Origin: Candidatus Saccharimonadia bacterium
GTDB lineage: Bacteria > Patescibacteriota > Saccharimonadia > CAILAD01 > CAZGYV01
Direction of reading: 5' to 3'
DNA: 64,000 nt
Assembly (NCBI GenBank): GCA_041906885.1
Contig: JAYRII010000001.1
Coordinates: 773-64,772 of the forward strand
Part shown: one piece after another, positions 28,358 to 39,021 of the stretch
Layout of the letters: every line of letters begins with the position of its first letter
How positions within the stretch are numbered: position 1 is the first letter of the stretch
Notes under the pieces: model-generated
Databases searched by the model: none
Told to the model about the DNA's origin: nothing
What the model saw: the letters and a program-made list of their open reading frames with translations, nothing else
Translations under genes and position numbers: made by a program

Positions 28358-31248
28358 TAGTTCTTTTGCAACTGAATAGTAATATCTTCACCATCTAATT
28401 TAATATCCTTTTGGTAGTCTTTTTTGTTATCTTTAAAATCTAGCTCGGTTGCTAAAACCTCACTCATAATTAATTCTTTATGGGCGAGTATCGCGGTGCT
28501 TGCAAACTGGCTTGCTACAACCAAAGATAATCTTATTCTGTCTTCAACATTTAGCCCTGCTTCTTTACGAGACGTTTGAATATGCCTTATGAGGTCTCGT
28601 ACAAAACCTTCCATTTTTAATATATGAGTAATTTTTGTATTCAATTTGACTAACGTTCTTGCGTCACCTTTTTGGTCCACTAAAAAGTCGACTTTTTTGA
28701 CATTGAGCTCGTCGGCAATAATTTCTTGTAGTTCTTTATCCAACGCACGCGCTACGATTATTTTCACGCTTCCCAGTGGCTGCCTGACCCGAACACCAGC
28801 GGCTGCTCGCTGAGCCAAGCCTTCACTAACTATCTCTCTTAATAATACCATTTGCTCAAGCAACTGCTTGTCCACGGTTTTGGCCTCAAATTTAGGCCAA
28901 TCACATAAGTGCACAGATTCAGCAACACCAGACATACCATCAGTCAAGTGCCTGTATATATAATCACTTGCAAACGGCGACCAGGGTGCGAGCAACTGAC
29001 AGATTTTTATTAAAGCCCAAAATAGTGTTTGATATGCTTGCTGCTTATCACTATCATCACTACTTTTCCAGAAACGGCGACGGGATCTGCGAATATACCA
29101 ATTAGATAAGTCGTCAACAAGTTCAAGAATAGGCCTCGTGGCAGATGGCAAATCATAATCTACTAGTGCGGCCTCCATATCAAGACCAATCTGCTTGACT
29201 CTTGAAACTAGCCACAGATCTAATCGGTTTTTGAGTTTCTCGGGCTGATTTAAACTTTTGGGTTTAAAGCCATCAATTTGAGCATACATCGTCCAGAAGC
29301 CAGCACTATTGTAGAGAGTCATAAACAAGTTGCGTTGCACGCTCCTGATAGCCTCCTCATCAAGAGCAACCGTCTCACCATTTATGACGGGGCTGGTCAA
29401 TAAGTAATAACGTAAGCTATCTGAGCCAAAAGTGTCAAAAACATCTTCTAGGGCCGGGTAGTTGCCCAGTCTCTTACTCATTTTTCTACCATCAGTTCCT
29501 AAGATGATACCGTGGCTGATACAGGTCTTAAAGGCTGGTTGATTAAAAAGAGCCGTCGCTAAAACATGCAGGGTATAAAACCACCCTCTAACTTGGCCGT
29601 TGTATTCGGTAATAAAATCGGCCGGAAATTGTTTCTTAAAGCTCTCCTCATTGATCGAAAAAGGAAAATTATCTTGTGCATATGGCATAGCACCAGATTC
29701 AAACCAACAATCTAGCACATCCTCAACTCTTTTATAAATCTTACCACCATGCTTAATGATAACTTCATCAATGGCCGGCCTATGCCAATCTGTCACCTTT
29801 GCAGGATTTTCTGCTAGATCTTTTAGCTCTGCTAGGCTCCGAACCAAGATTGTATCACCGTCCTGATTACGCCAGATGGGTAGCGGTGCGCCCCAGAATC
29901 TATTCCTTGATATATTCCAATCACGGGCGTTTTTGAGCCAATTGCCAAACGAGCCATCCTTAACATTTTCTGGAATCCAATCAATTTGCTGGTTATTATT
30001 GAGTAATTTTTGCTTTATCTTAGTTACATCAACAAACCACGACGTCTGCGCACGATAGATCAGCGGATTATCGGTTCGCCAACAGTGTGGGTAGTTATGC
30101 CGGTAGAGCTCTGAAGCAAATAGCTGGCCCATATTAGTTAGCCGGTCGATAATAGATTTATTGGTATCAAAAACCAGTTCGCCCGTATAGTCGCTTACTT
30201 CGCTTGTAAAACGACCTCGACTGTCGACCGGACAAACTACATCAATACCCGCCTTGGCAGCTACGATCTGATCATCCTCACCAAAACCTGGTGCAATATG
30301 AACTACACCCGTACCCTCTTCGGTATTAACAAAATCGGCTGCCAGCACCACAAAGGCATTGGCCGAGCTGGTGAAATAGTCAAATAATGGCGTGTAACGA
30401 AGTCCAGCTAATTCTTTGCCGACGAATTTACGCTTAGATTTGGCTGACACGAACCGGTCAGAGTAACGCTCTTGAGCTGACTCAGCTAGGACGTATATTT
30501 TACCATCAAGCTCCAGCTCAACGTAAGTAATATCTGGATTGATCGCTAAAGCTAAGTTCGACGGCAGTGTCCACGGAGTTGTTGTCCAAACCAACAGATT
30601 ACGGTCATCAGCGAGCTTAAATTCGACTGTTACCGTCTGATCCTCGCGTTCTCTGGTCGCATCATCGAGTCTGGTTTCAAAATTTGACAAGGAAGTTTCG
30701 CAGATGTAGCAATAGGGCAAAACCTTATGGCCCTCGTAGATCAAATCCTTATCCCAAAGCTGGCCAAACACCCAGATGACACTATCCATATATGCCGGGT
30801 CCATTGTGCGATAGTCATCATCAAAATCAACCCAGCGGCCAAGTCGAGTGACATAGCCCTGCCATTCCTTGGTGTAACGCAGGACTGACTGCCGACAAAA
30901 GGCATTAAACTTATCTATGCCATAATCAATTATATCTACCTTGCCAGTCACACCAAGCTGTTTTTCGGCCTCCATTTCAGCGGGCAAACCATGACAATCC
31001 CAGCCAAATCGCCTGGGCACATAGTGACCTTGCATGGTCTTAAGACGCGGAATGGCATCTTTTATTACGCTGGTGACTAAATGACCATAATGAGGCAAGC
31101 CATTTGCAAACGGAGGACCATCATAAAATGTATACCTTGTAGCATTCTGTCGCTGCTTGAGACTTTTCTTAAAAATGTCTCGATCTTGCCAAAATGTCAA
31201 AGTATCTTCTTCGATTGTTTTATTATTATATGGTGGTAATTTTTTCAT
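28357..31248 (-). CDS. ileS: isoleucyl-tRNA synthetase
   Basis: HYGH (HIGH) and KMSKR (KMSKS) motifs plus editing and anticodon-binding domains. The start was placed at the MKKLPPY ATG at 31248; the track ORF runs to 31323. Confidence 0.95.
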   Translation of the reverse strand: MKKLPPYNNKTIEEDTLTFWQDRDIFKKSLKQRQNATRYTFYDGPPFANGLPHYGHLVTSVIKDAIPRLKTMQGHYVPRRFGWDCHGLPAEMEAEKQLGVTGKVDIIDYGIDKFNAFCRQSVLRYTKEWQGYVTRLGRWVDFDDDYRTMDPAYMDSVIWVFGQLWDKDLIYEGHKVLPYCYICETSLSNFETRLDDATREREDQTVTVEFKLADDRNLLVWTTTPWTLPSNLALAINPDITYVELELDGKIYVLAESAQERYSDRFVSAKSKRKFVGKELAGLRYTPLFDYFTSSANAFVVLAADFVNTEEGTGVVHIAPGFGEDDQIVAAKAGIDVVCPVDSRGRFTSEVSDYTGELVFDTNKSIIDRLTNMGQLFASELYRHNYPHCWRTDNPLIYRAQTSWFVDVTKIKQKLLNNNQQIDWIPENVKDGSFGNWLKNARDWNISRNRFWGAPLPIWRNQDGDTILVRSLAELKDLAENPAKVTDWHRPAIDEVIIKHGGKIYKRVEDVLDCWFESGAMPYAQDNFPFSINEESFKKQFPADFITEYNGQVRGWFYTLHVLATALFNQPAFKTCISHGIILGTDGRKMSKRLGNYPALEDVFDTFGSDSLRYYLLTSPVINGETVALDEEAIRSVQRNLFMTLYNSAGFWTMYAQIDGFKPKSLNQPEKLKNRLDLWLVSRVKQIGLDMEAALVDYDLPSATRPILELVDDLSNWYIRRSRRRFWKSSDDSDKQQAYQTLFWALIKICQLLAPWSPFASDYIYRHLTDGMSGVAESVHLCDWPKFEAKTVDKQLLEQMVLLREIVSEGLAQRAAAGVRVRQPLGSVKIIVARALDKELQEIIADELNVKKVDFLVDQKGDARTLVKLNTKITHILKMEGFVRDLIRHIQTSRKEAGLNVEDRIRLSLVVASQFASTAILAHKELIMSEVLATELDFKDNKKDYQKDIKLDGEDITIQLQKN

Positions 31249-31564
31249 AAATATATTTTTCGACTCTCTAAAAATAACCTGTCTTAAACAAAAATAACCA
31301 GATATGCAGGAATCCGCAAACAATAAATTACAGATGGTACCATCCTGCTTCCCTGATTATATATCGGGCACTTAATTTGTCACAGTTAACGGACTGTCCT
31401 GCCGGCGAATTCTAATTCTAGAATGTCAATCTAGTTTCTTTTCGCAACATTCGTGGTTGATAGCCACTCATTCGACATCATCGTCGAAGTGTTTTTTTAA
31501 AAAATACTTTTCTCTTTGATATCATACAATCTTACTGCGACTAATTCAAGCGAAATATAGGCGA

Positions 31565-31825
31565 TTATGTGGCTAGTGAATTAATGATATGCTGCAGAAT
31601 CTGCAAAGCAAGTATAACTAAGAGTGGCGAAAGGTCAATCGGGCCACTATTGGGCATTATCCTGCGCACCGGACTAAGTAGAGGCTCTGTCAGCTCAAAT
31701 ATAATTAGTGCAAATTTATTTGACCTTAAGTCTGCTACTATCCAGCTTAATACAATCCGAACCAGCAATAAGATATTGTAGACAAAGATGAAAATGCCAA
31801 CAAAGTTTACCAGTATCCGCATCAT
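31565..31825 (-). CDS. YggT/Ycf19 family membrane protein (cell-division cluster)
   Basis: 86 aa with 2 TM helices and the YggT signature. Sits in the ylmG position of the dcw cluster, upstream of ileS. Confidence 0.85.
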   Translation of the reverse strand: MMRILVNFVGIFIFVYNILLLVRIVLSWIVADLRSNKFALIIFELTEPLLSPVRRIMPNSGPIDLSPLLVILALQILQHIINSLAT

Positions 31826-32136
31826 ATATAAGCAATGCGACTGATCTCACTGGGGCTTGGTAATAGGTCCTGCCAAGCATACATCAGCTTGCCATCATCC
31901 TGAGTGGTAATGACAGCAGGAGTCTGCACAACGTCATAAAGTTCGGCTTTTGCTACCCCTTCACGAGAATCAATATCAATACTTTCAAAATCTATTTTTA
32001 GCCGCTCCAACTCCGCCAACATTCGATCGGTGTCAAACTTACCAGGTTGTCCCTTGCGAGTAAAAACTAAAGTTTTCATAAATACTATTGTAATGCTTTT
32101 TGCTGGTCCATAAAAGGCCTTGAGGGCCGGCAACAC
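31822..32136 (-). CDS. glutaredoxin-like (thioredoxin-fold) protein lacking the CxxC motif
   Basis: From the internal ATG at 32079 it reads MKTLVFTRKGQPGKF..., the beta-alpha-beta pattern of NrdH/glutaredoxin, with QPGK where CPYC would be. Confidence 0.45.
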   Translation of the reverse strand: MLPALKAFYGPAKSITIVFMKTLVFTRKGQPGKFDTDRMLAELERLKIDFESIDIDSREGVAKAELYDVVQTPAVITTQDDGKLMYAWQDLLPSPSEISRIAYI

Positions 32137-32404
32137 CTGCTTATGCTAAGCGTCGCCAGCCCTGGATATGTGTTTTTAAAAGAAAAAGGTTTTGATATTA
32201 GTGAGGTCGACGGTTGGCGAAACCAAGCCCCCAGTAGTCACCCAGGTAGCTGTCCGCTAGTTCTGTAGCCAGACCGAACTGAATGTCAAACTGATTGGCC
32301 GTCTGCTCGTCTTTTTGGTCGAGCATCGTTTCGGTGAGCTTTTCGCTAACCTTACCTTCGCACATACTTTTTCCCTCTCTCTTCTCCTCGGACTTTCCGA
32401 GAAA

Positions 32405-32483
32405 TGGTCGGGATGGTGGGAGTCGAACCCATCACCTTCTGCAGTGTAACCGCAGCTGCTCATCCACTCGAGCTCCATCCCGC
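32405..32483 (-). tRNA. tRNA, probably tRNA-Val (anticodon UAC), encoded CCA
   Basis: Reverse complement: 7-bp acceptor stem CGGGATG/CATCCCG; D-arm GCTC-GAGTGGAT-GAGC with G18G19; anticodon stem CTGCG/TGCAG with loop GUUACAC (U33, A37); T-arm ATGGG-TTCGACT-CCCAC; ACCA tail. Two extra nucleotides (a spacer at position 26 and a 6-nt variable loop) make it slightly non-canonical. Confidence 0.55.
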
Positions 32484-32679
32484 TACTAGACTAAAAACTC
32501 CCCACCTGACGAGGGGAGTTTGCGGTTCTTCTAAAATTTGTGTAAATTTTACTCTGAACAGACAGCCCCAAGCGACTCACAGAAAGTGAGAATTGGCAGG
32601 ATCATGCTAAATAATAGTCTTCGACTGTTCATACAGATGATTTTATTACTGAGTCAATAGTTTGTCAAACCATTACTGC

Positions 32680-33144
32680 TTAACGGAGTTGTTGGCGATT
32701 CTTGAGACGTGTCAACTCAGCTTCAAAACTCTTAATATCCGTGAAGGATCGATAAACACTAGCAAACCGGACATATGCCACGTCGTCAATATTGATCAGT
32801 CGCGCCATTAGTAATTCGCCAATTTGGACAGACAAAACCTCACTCTCTGAGGTTGCTTTAATCTCTCGCTCAACATCGGATATCAATCCTTCTATTTCGG
32901 AGGCTGACACTGGTCGTTTCTCAAAAGCTCTATATATTCCTCGAGAGAGCTTCTGGCGGCTATAGAGTTCGCGGTCGCCATTCCTTTTAACCACTAACAA
33001 ATTGGGCGTTTCAATACGTTCGTAGGTGGTATAACGAAACTTACAGCCCAAACATTGCCGCCGCCTTCTGATCGCATTGCCGTCTTCAACATCGCGCGAC
33101 TCGAGTACTTTACTATCGTGATTATTGCAGTTGGGGCAACCCAT
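32680..33144 (-). CDS. nrdR: transcriptional repressor NrdR
   Basis: N-terminal CxxC...CxxC zinc ribbon plus an ATP-cone. Confidence 0.9.
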   Translation of the reverse strand: MGCPNCNNHDSKVLESRDVEDGNAIRRRRQCLGCKFRYTTYERIETPNLLVVKRNGDRELYSRQKLSRGIYRAFEKRPVSASEIEGLISDVEREIKATSESEVLSVQIGELLMARLINIDDVAYVRFASVYRSFTDIKSFEAELTRLKNRQQLR

Positions 33145-33180
33145 TATTGTCTTCGCTGCTGAGGATTAATTCTAATACAC

Positions 33181-34638
33181 CTACTCCATTTTTCGTTTAA
33201 TAAAGCTCGGAATATCATCTTCTTGCTCCTGATTCTCGCTTGGTTGATCGATTTTTAGACCCTGCCGCAAGTAGGCTGGTTTGTCTAGATCATCCTCCTC
33301 CATACTAAAGCCAGTCGAAACAGTCTCAACAATTGGCTTGGCTGGGGTTACTTCCTCTGAGATTTTACTGGCGTCTTCTTTGCTTTCCCTAACTTCATCT
33401 GCACCAGTCGGCACGGATTCCTCTTCATAATCAAAGGTGGTGATTGGCTCATCAAACATGGTTGGTGATTTTGCAATATCCGGATTAGATTTGACTAGCG
33501 GTTCTTTCTCGTCATGGTTATAAACCGGACGAGGCTTTGCAGTGATAAAAGGGGCAAGCGGTTCTGGCTCTGGAACCGGCTCTAGCTCTGGCTCTTTGGT
33601 GCTTGCTGCCACCGGTTCAGTATCCCGGTGGCTGACCGGCTGAGAAGTATAGCCAGAGAAAATTCCGGCTCCACTCGGTCGACGCTCTGAATCAAACCCA
33701 GTTGCTACCAAAGTGACTTTGATTTCACCAGTAGTATTCTCATCTAGCACAGTACCCCAGATTATATTTGCCTCCTGGTCAACTGCATCGTAGATAAGCT
33801 TGGCGGCTTCTTCGATTTCGTGCATACCCATGTCCCGACCGCCAGTAAAGTTAATCAGAACACCTTTAGCTCCCTGAATAGAAATGTCTAAGAGCGGCGA
33901 ATCCATAGCTTGCTTGACCGCCTCAATGGCTCGCGCGTCGCCAGCCCCACGACCAATTCCCATCAGTGCACTACCAGCATTACTCATAATTGATTTAACA
34001 TCGGCGAAGTCGAGATTAACCAAGCCATTAACTGTTATAAGATCGGAAATACCTTGAACGCCCTGTCGCAGGACATCGTCAACCGCCCCAAAAGCCTCTA
34101 AAAGCGATGTCTTACGATCAATAATCTGCAATATTCTATCATTTGGTATAACGATCAAAGTATCGACCTGGTCATTCAATTGAGCAATGCCCGAATCGGC
34201 GATTTTGCGACGGCGATCACCCTCGAAGGTAAAAGGCTTGGTGACAATACCAACAGTTAAAGCCCCGATCTCACGAGCAATGCGAGCTACAACGGGCGCA
34301 GCACCGCTACCAGTACCGCCGCCCATTCCTGCTGTCACAAACACCATCTCAGAGTTTTTAAGAGCATTATAGATATCCTCTTCACTCTCCTCGGCGGCTT
34401 GAAAGCCGACATCTGGATTAGCACCAGCACCCAGTCCTTTAGTGGCTTCCTTGCCAATGTGGACTTTTTTGTTTGCTTGTGAGTAATGCAAGGCTTGAGC
34501 GTCAGTATTAATGGCAACAAAATCAATGCCACGAATCTTTGATTGTACCATCCGATTTAAAGCATTATTGCCACCACCGCCTATACCGACCACTTTTATA
34601 CGTGCAAATGTCTCAATTTCAGGTAAGATTTCGGCCAT
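33181..34638 (-). CDS. ftsZ: cell division protein FtsZ
   Basis: Tubulin signature GGGTGSG, a T7 loop, and a long acidic/Pro-rich C-terminal linker. Confidence 0.95.
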   Translation of the reverse strand: MAEILPEIETFARIKVVGIGGGGNNALNRMVQSKIRGIDFVAINTDAQALHYSQANKKVHIGKEATKGLGAGANPDVGFQAAEESEEDIYNALKNSEMVFVTAGMGGGTGSGAAPVVARIAREIGALTVGIVTKPFTFEGDRRRKIADSGIAQLNDQVDTLIVIPNDRILQIIDRKTSLLEAFGAVDDVLRQGVQGISDLITVNGLVNLDFADVKSIMSNAGSALMGIGRGAGDARAIEAVKQAMDSPLLDISIQGAKGVLINFTGGRDMGMHEIEEAAKLIYDAVDQEANIIWGTVLDENTTGEIKVTLVATGFDSERRPSGAGIFSGYTSQPVSHRDTEPVAASTKEPELEPVPEPEPLAPFITAKPRPVYNHDEKEPLVKSNPDIAKSPTMFDEPITTFDYEEESVPTGADEVRESKEDASKISEEVTPAKPIVETVSTGFSMEEDDLDKPAYLRQGLKIDQPSENQEQEDDIPSFIKRKME

Positions 34639-34827
34639 ATTTCCTCTTGATACTCCCTATTATGAATAGATGCATTATAAGGTTAAATCCTTGCCACTTC
34701 CCAAGCAACACTAAAGCTTGACTAAAACTAAGTATAGCCAAGACAGGACTTGAATGCAAATTATTTATTCAAAATTATTATCTAATTTTGATTGATAAAT
34801 TATGTGTTCAATTTTAATATTAAATAA

Positions 34828-36057
34828 TCACGGCAGAAAGCTTTTGAAAATTCCCTTAACTCGGCCAAATATTTTTTCAACTCGGCCGTTTATTCCAACG
34901 TGAACCGCTGGCTGCTCCATATCCTCTAGCATCAACCCAACTACTGCCGCCAAACTTGGGTCATTGATCCGTTCAGTTAGCCCTGAAAACCCAGTTGGTT
35001 TACCGATGGCAACAGGTAACTTTAAAATGTCTTTGGCAAAATCAGCAATTTCGGGCATTTTAGCGCAGCCTCCAGTCAGAACCACCCCGGCAGCTAGCAT
35101 TGAGTCTTTACCAGCCTTTCTAAGTTCACCAGCCGCCATTGTAAATATCTCGTGCAACCTGGACGAAACGATCTTATCGATCTCATTAGTAGCTATTGTG
35201 CCGTTGATATCAAATTCACTCAAGTCCAACTTTTCGCCACCTTTGGCCTTTGGTTGGCGGGCAACAGCATATTTTAGCTTCACTTTTTCAGCTACATCGA
35301 TGTTAGTTCTGAGGCCATAAACTAAATCCTTGGTGATATGATTAGAACCTACCGGCAAGATGGCTGTAAAACTAACATTACCCTCTTCAAATACGACAAT
35401 GCCGGTTGTTTCGGCTCCGATATCCATCACAATTGCACCTAACTCTCGCTGTTTTTTGGTAATAACTGACTTCGCACTAGCCAACGGAACAATCATTTGA
35501 TCGTTGATGTTAATGCCAGCCCTAAAAACAGCACTGCTCAGATTCTTAATAGCAGGTGTTGCTGCCGTAATGATATGGGTATCAATCTCCAGTCTAACAC
35601 CGCTCATACCAATAGGATCGGACACATTTGGCTGGCCATCAACAATATAACTTCGTGGAATGACCTGTAAAATTTGACGATTATTCTCCAGCTGGATGGC
35701 AGTAGCTGCTTCCTCGGCCCTCAATAGATCTTCTCGACTAATCTCGTGGTCGGCCCGACTAACAGCGATGACTCCTCGCGAGTTCAAGCTCTGAATATGC
35801 GCCCCATCAACACTAATCGTAGCCCGCTCAATGGCAACACCACTCATACGCTCGGCTTCTTCAAGAGCCGCTGTAATCGAGCTAACAGTCTCCTCGATAT
35901 CAACTACGACACCTCGTCTCAAGCCGGCCGTCGGTGACATACCAAAGCCGATAATACTTGGGGTAGCCGACCCTTCTTCATGTAGGCCAACTACACAAGC
36001 TATCTTGCTAGTGCCGACATCAAGTCCAACATAGGTTGTTTCGTTTTTTGCAGCCAC
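34828..36057 (-). CDS. ftsA: cell division protein FtsA
   Basis: Actin-like ATPase fold (GLDVGTSKI...) in the ftsA position upstream of ftsZ. Confidence 0.95.
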   Translation of the reverse strand: MAAKNETTYVGLDVGTSKIACVVGLHEEGSATPSIIGFGMSPTAGLRRGVVVDIEETVSSITAALEEAERMSGVAIERATISVDGAHIQSLNSRGVIAVSRADHEISREDLLRAEEAATAIQLENNRQILQVIPRSYIVDGQPNVSDPIGMSGVRLEIDTHIITAATPAIKNLSSAVFRAGININDQMIVPLASAKSVITKKQRELGAIVMDIGAETTGIVVFEEGNVSFTAILPVGSNHITKDLVYGLRTNIDVAEKVKLKYAVARQPKAKGGEKLDLSEFDINGTIATNEIDKIVSSRLHEIFTMAAGELRKAGKDSMLAAGVVLTGGCAKMPEIADFAKDILKLPVAIGKPTGFSGLTERINDPSLAAVVGLMLEDMEQPAVHVGINGRVEKIFGRVKGIFKSFLP

Positions 36058-36144
36058 TAGTTCCTCTTGGATTAATTATCTATCTACTTCATTATAACCA
36101 AGCCAGACTTACAGAAGCAAATTGATCACCTTGGATGAATGTTT

Positions 36145-36897
36145 TTAACCTCGAGCAGTTAGTACTTCAGCCCCATCACCTGTGATTAGAATTGTATGCT
36201 CAAACTGCGCCGCCAAAGAGCCATCAACGGTTTTGTAAGTCCAGCCATCATCTGCCAGATAAATCTTACCTTGCCCAATCGAGGCAATAGGCTCAACTGC
36301 AATTGTCATGCCGGCTCGTAAAACCTGACCGGTACCTCGAGTGCCAAAGTTAGGGATCGAAGGATCTTCGTGAACCTGATGACCTACCCCGTGACCACTT
36401 AGCCCTTCAACCACAGCAAGGCCATGTGATTTAAGCTCAGCCTCAATCACAGCTCCAATATCCCCAACCCTAACACCATCTTTAATGATATCAATTGCCT
36501 GATCAAGCGCCCGGCTTGTTCCTTCTAATAGTCTTGTGGCGACATGTGAGACTTGACCAACCGCTATAGTGATAGCTGAATCGGTAATCATGCCTTTATA
36601 AATAACACCGTAGTCTAATCCAACAATATCACCGTTTTTGATAATTCTTTGACTGGGTATCGTATGCACTACCTCATCATTAACGGAGACGCAAATATTT
36701 GCTGGATATCCATCATAGCCCAAAAAAGCTGGTTGACCATCGCGCTTAATTGTCTCTGCTAAAGCTATATCGTCAATTTGTTTAGTAGTCATACCAGGTC
36801 TTACTACGTCTTCCAGGTGTTCCAGTACGGCAGCTAGAATGGCTCCGCTTTGGCGAATATTAGCTATCTCTTCGGCTGACTTTACTTGTGTTTTCAC
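36145..36897 (-). CDS. map: methionine aminopeptidase type I
   Basis: Metal-ligand residues D, D, H, E, E of the pita-bread fold; GHGVGHQVHE motif. Confidence 0.95.
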   Translation of the reverse strand: MKTQVKSAEEIANIRQSGAILAAVLEHLEDVVRPGMTTKQIDDIALAETIKRDGQPAFLGYDGYPANICVSVNDEVVHTIPSQRIIKNGDIVGLDYGVIYKGMITDSAITIAVGQVSHVATRLLEGTSRALDQAIDIIKDGVRVGDIGAVIEAELKSHGLAVVEGLSGHGVGHQVHEDPSIPNFGTRGTGQVLRAGMTIAVEPIASIGQGKIYLADDGWTYKTVDGSLAAQFEHTILITGDGAEVLTARG

Positions 36898-37442
36898 AAT
36901 ACTATTTTTCTGATACTATCACTAATCTCAACCGGGGTTCTAGTGGCATCGATTTCGCTTAACTTATGCTGACTTAAATAATAATCAATCACTAGCTGAG
37001 TAGTGGTGTGATAGACATCAAAACGATGCTTGATAATATTGGTCTCGTCATCTTTACGCTTACGCTTAAGTAGTCTTTCTCTGGCCACCTCATCAGGCAA
37101 TTCCAACAAAATCACCTTATCAACGGACTTATCCCGTAAACCTAAATAATCATCGAACCACTTCGCCTGGTCGATATCACGAGGGTAACCATCTGTTACA
37201 ATTCGACCTGCAAAGTTATCTTTTTCAAGCTCACTGGCGACATATTGATTGACTAAATCGTTATCGACTAAACCACCTTTTTCTAATTCTTGAGCAATTT
37301 TTGTGTTCTTTTCTGAAAGCGTTCTAACGTAATGGCCTGTCTTAATTAATTTATAGTTCAGTTGGTCTTGTAAGATTTTTGACTGGGTGCCTTTCCCAGA
37401 GCCCGGCTTGCCTAGCATAACAATTATATGCGATTGCTTCAT
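36894..37442 (-). CDS. adk: adenylate kinase (short form)
   Basis: P-loop GKPGSGKGTQ and an NMP-binding region. Confidence 0.9.
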   Translation of the reverse strand: MKQSHIIVMLGKPGSGKGTQSKILQDQLNYKLIKTGHYVRTLSEKNTKIAQELEKGGLVDNDLVNQYVASELEKDNFAGRIVTDGYPRDIDQAKWFDDYLGLRDKSVDKVILLELPDEVARERLLKRKRKDDETNIIKHRFDVYHTTTQLVIDYYLSQHKLSEIDATRTPVEISDSIRKIVL

Positions 37443-37799
37443 CTAGAAGATTGTCCTGAGAATATATGGCCCAAAAACTAATACAGCAATCAAGACAGCC
37501 CCGACTGCTGTAACTAAAACGCCAGCAGCCGTCATATCTTTCACCTGACGAACCACCTGATTGTTTTCTTTCGATAATACGTCGAGGGTTTTTTCTAAAG
37601 CAGTATTCACAATTTCTGCAAAAAACACCAGGATAATGGCTATAAAAACGAAGAGTAGCTGTGTTATTGCAATATGCAGTATCAAACTTGCTAGTAGAGC
37701 TCCAAGTGCAAACAGGAGGTGTATTTTAGCATTACGTTCAGTACTAAATACATGCTTTAAGCCTCGAATGGCATAACGAAAACTTGCTAATGTAACCAT
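37443..37799 (-). CDS. dgkA: diacylglycerol/undecaprenol kinase DgkA family
   Basis: 118 aa with 3 TM helices and the DgkA signature (...AEIVNTALE...). Confidence 0.85.
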   Translation of the reverse strand: MVTLASFRYAIRGLKHVFSTERNAKIHLLFALGALLASLILHIAITQLLFVFIAIILVFFAEIVNTALEKTLDVLSKENNQVVRQVKDMTAAGVLVTAVGAVLIAVLVFGPYILRTIF

Positions 37800-38251
37800 T
37801 TAAATTGCCTTGATTTAAACGCTAGTTCTAACATAATACCATCTTGAAGACTACTAAATCTAGCCCGCCCTGATTCGTCTTGATGGTCTAGTTTGAGTAT
37901 GTGCAAAATACCGTGAATGAGTAGCAACGACACTTCAGCCTTGAAGGGTAAATTATATTCTTGAGCTTGAGAGTAAGCTAGGTCGGTACAAATTACTATT
38001 TCACCAATCAGTTCGCTATTTGGCAATTGGCTTTGTTCTCGATAATCAAAAGACAATACGTCGGTTGGATAATCATTACCAGCGTAGGTTTTATTGAGCT
38101 GGCGGCTTTTTGCTTTGCCGACAAATGATAGCTCAATTGTGCCATTAGCCTCACTTCCAACTCTCTTAATAGTGATACTAGCGGCTTTATCTAATATATC
38201 TTGGCTAACACCACGAGGAAGTGGCTTGCTGATATGTAAAGTGATCGGCAA
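37787..38251 (-). CDS. ybeY: rRNA maturation endoribonuclease YbeY
   Basis: HGxLHLxGxDH zinc-binding motif (HGILHILKLDH). Confidence 0.9.
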   Translation of the reverse strand: MPITLHISKPLPRGVSQDILDKAASITIKRVGSEANGTIELSFVGKAKSRQLNKTYAGNDYPTDVLSFDYREQSQLPNSELIGEIVICTDLAYSQAQEYNLPFKAEVSLLLIHGILHILKLDHQDESGRARFSSLQDGIMLELAFKSRQFKWLH

Positions 38252-38257
38252 GGCTTT

Positions 38258-38701
38258 TTACTTTAGCTTATCGCGCACAATTACACTTACCTGATTGCCG
38301 TCCGCTCTACCACGTAACTTAGCCATTACTCGGCTCATCACCTGCCCCATCTGCGACATATCCTTGTCTTTGGTCGATGCAATGACCTCATCTACTACTT
38401 TAGAGATCTCTTGCTCACTGGCACTTTCAGGTAGGTAGGTATCGATGATTGCCAATTCCTGCTCTTCTTCTTTGACCAGATCATCACGACCAGCTTTTCC
38501 GTATGCCTCGATCGAATCACGACGCTTTTTAGCCTCTTTTTGTAAAACAGACAGAATTTCTGGCATCGTTAGATCATGACCAACTTCAATCTGTTGATTT
38601 TTAATAGCACTTTTGAGTAGTCTTAAAACACCCGTTTTGATTTCATCACGAGCCTTAGCGGACCGAGCTAAATCTGCTTCGAGAGTTTCATATAAGTCCA
38701 T
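38258..38701 (-). CDS. yqeY: GatB/YqeY domain protein
   Basis: 147 aa with the YqeY fold. Conserved position downstream of rpsU. Confidence 0.85.
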   Translation of the reverse strand: MDLYETLEADLARSAKARDEIKTGVLRLLKSAIKNQQIEVGHDLTMPEILSVLQKEAKKRRDSIEAYGKAGRDDLVKEEEQELAIIDTYLPESASEQEISKVVDEVIASTKDKDMSQMGQVMSRVMAKLRGRADGNQVSVIVRDKLK

Positions 38702-38910
38702 TATTTTATACCTAGAAGCTCTCGAGTCTTCTGTTCTTTACGTGCTCGTTTTCGAATTGCTATTTCGCGTTGTTCGCGCTTCGAGATTGGTTTTTCGAAA
38801 TATTTTTTCTTGCGCGCTACGCTCAAAACACCAGATTGGTTGACTTTTTTATTAAAACGACGAATTAGACTTTCGGTCGACTCATCATCTTTGCGAATTA
38901 CTTGTAGCAA
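38701..38910 (-). CDS. rpsU: 30S ribosomal protein S21
   Basis: 69 aa, basic, with the bS21 signature. Confidence 0.9.
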   Translation of the reverse strand: MLQVIRKDDESTESLIRRFNKKVNQSGVLSVARKKKYFEKPISKREQREIAIRKRARKEQKTRELLGIK

Positions 38911-39021
38911 AAGTATTCACCTCCTTAAAATAAGGATATCTATCCATAAAAAGAAATTAATTATTCAATCAATGTTATTTTACATTATTTTACTAATTTA
39001 AGCAAGGTAACTCTTATGGGT

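Noticed and set aside
31470-31497. Plus-strand hairpin plus T8 (TTCGAC-ATCATC-GTCGAA-GTGTTTTTTT) as a terminator for yggT or ileS
   Set aside because: Both genes are on the minus strand, where this element has the U-tract upstream of the hairpin. It can only act on a plus-strand (antisense) transcript, so it is noted under the ileS leader finding rather than called as a feature.
32257-32589. ORFs 32257..32478 (-), 32295..32489 (+) and 32404..32589 (+)
   Set aside because: They overlap the tRNA gene and its flanks and have low-complexity translations. A different 57-aa frame (about 32199..32369, minus; MCEGKVSEKL...) has a weak SD and might be real, but I could not support it further.
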